This document shows positions 63,160 through 64,000 of a DNA stretch of 64,000 bases, one piece after another. The stretch is from a virus (taxonomy: Duplodnaviria > Caudoviricetes), in IMG/VR virus record IMGVR_UViG_3300037067_019204, positions 97,312-161,311 of that record. The stretch is one strand, 5' to 3'. The position numbers were made by a program, and so were the translations under genes. The first letter of the stretch is position 1; every line of letters begins with the position of its first letter. The notes beneath the pieces were generated by a model. The model saw nothing but the letters and a program-made list of their open reading frames with translations, searched no databases and had not been told where the DNA came from.

Positions 63160-64000
63160 GTTATTTACCTTTACTTAATCTTTTAATATTTGTATCTGGC
63201 ATTATTAAACCAATGTCAAATTTACCATAATATGGTAATTGTAATATGCTAAAAATTTGTTTTGTTTCTTGTTTCATTTTATCACTAAAATGAGAAAAAT
63301 CAAAAGTATCTAACATATATGGGTCATCTAATATCCGTTGTTTAAAAAAAGGTTTATTTTTATCTGAATGGAGATAAAAAGAATAACCACCATTCCCAGA
63401 CATAAAATATAATTTATATCGTCGGCAATATGGCCGAATTATGTTCTTTTGTATCTCTTCTAATAGGCTTGTTAATTTTTCATTATATTCTCTTTCAAGA
63501 ATATCCAGTTTGTCTGTAATAATATTTATATCCATAGTGTTTGCCTTATATTATAATATACAAATTAATTTAATTAACTCTATCCAACAGTAGATTGACC
63601 ACAGGGCACCCCTCGTCATTATCCACATACGCTGAATAGAGTTAATTAAATCAATTTTATTATAATTGATAATAATATTCAAAAAAAGATAGGGGGGTAG
63701 GTGCGATCAAGTTAACATGGTGCACCCTACCCAGCGTTCAACACAGTGGATAGTATACTTTGTGCAACCATTCTCCGTGACCGTATTATCCCCGGCGGCG
63801 GCAGTTAGCCGCAATAGCAGTTAGCTATATATCGCCGGGGTGGGGTCTATTAAATTAACTTGCGCACCCCACCCCCCGTATAATAACTACCGGATATAAT
63901 CGATAAAACCTTCGAGAATCGGGTCAATGATATGCTGGCCGCATATTTTCAGCTCGGCAATATTGTCAATGGAAATATCATTTTCATTGACATTGACCCC

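Noticed and set aside
1-64000. Stop-codon reassignment as a cause of the many short ORFs
   Set aside because: Known enzymes are full length in the standard code, and the short ORFs have their own RBSs and conserved N-termini.

Overview
AT-rich fragment of a large (probably jumbo) tailed-phage genome. A short + strand block (1-5826) encodes a partial sigma factor, a gamma-glutamylcyclotransferase, a capsid-like protein and an intein-containing large terminase. It converges at ~5830 with a ~58 kb minus-strand early/accessory region of mostly small ORFs. Recognisable modules there: deamidated NAD salvage (PncA, PncB, NadE) interleaved with a TerY-P-like vWA/PP2C/kinase triad; two amidoligase + class II glutamine amidotransferase pairs plus an ATP-grasp ligase; RtcB; a lytic transglycosylase; and ParB-like, ArdC-like and astacin-like proteins. 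Main unexplained signals: (1) a leaderless Cas-less CRISPR mini-array (28 bp repeats, 33 bp spacers) followed by a structured region, a bulged anti-repeat and a terminator, i.e. a tracrRNA-like layout; (2) about 31 hypervariable paralogs of a small Cys-rich 'MSKII..C...C' protein; (3) at least 23 sigma28/FliA-type promoters in the early region; (4) four copies of a 42 bp palindrome spaced about 20 kb apart; (5) a strict 12 bp-period array; (6) several structured intergenic RNA candidates; (7) a Thr-initiated intein. All calls come from motifs read by eye, with no database searches.
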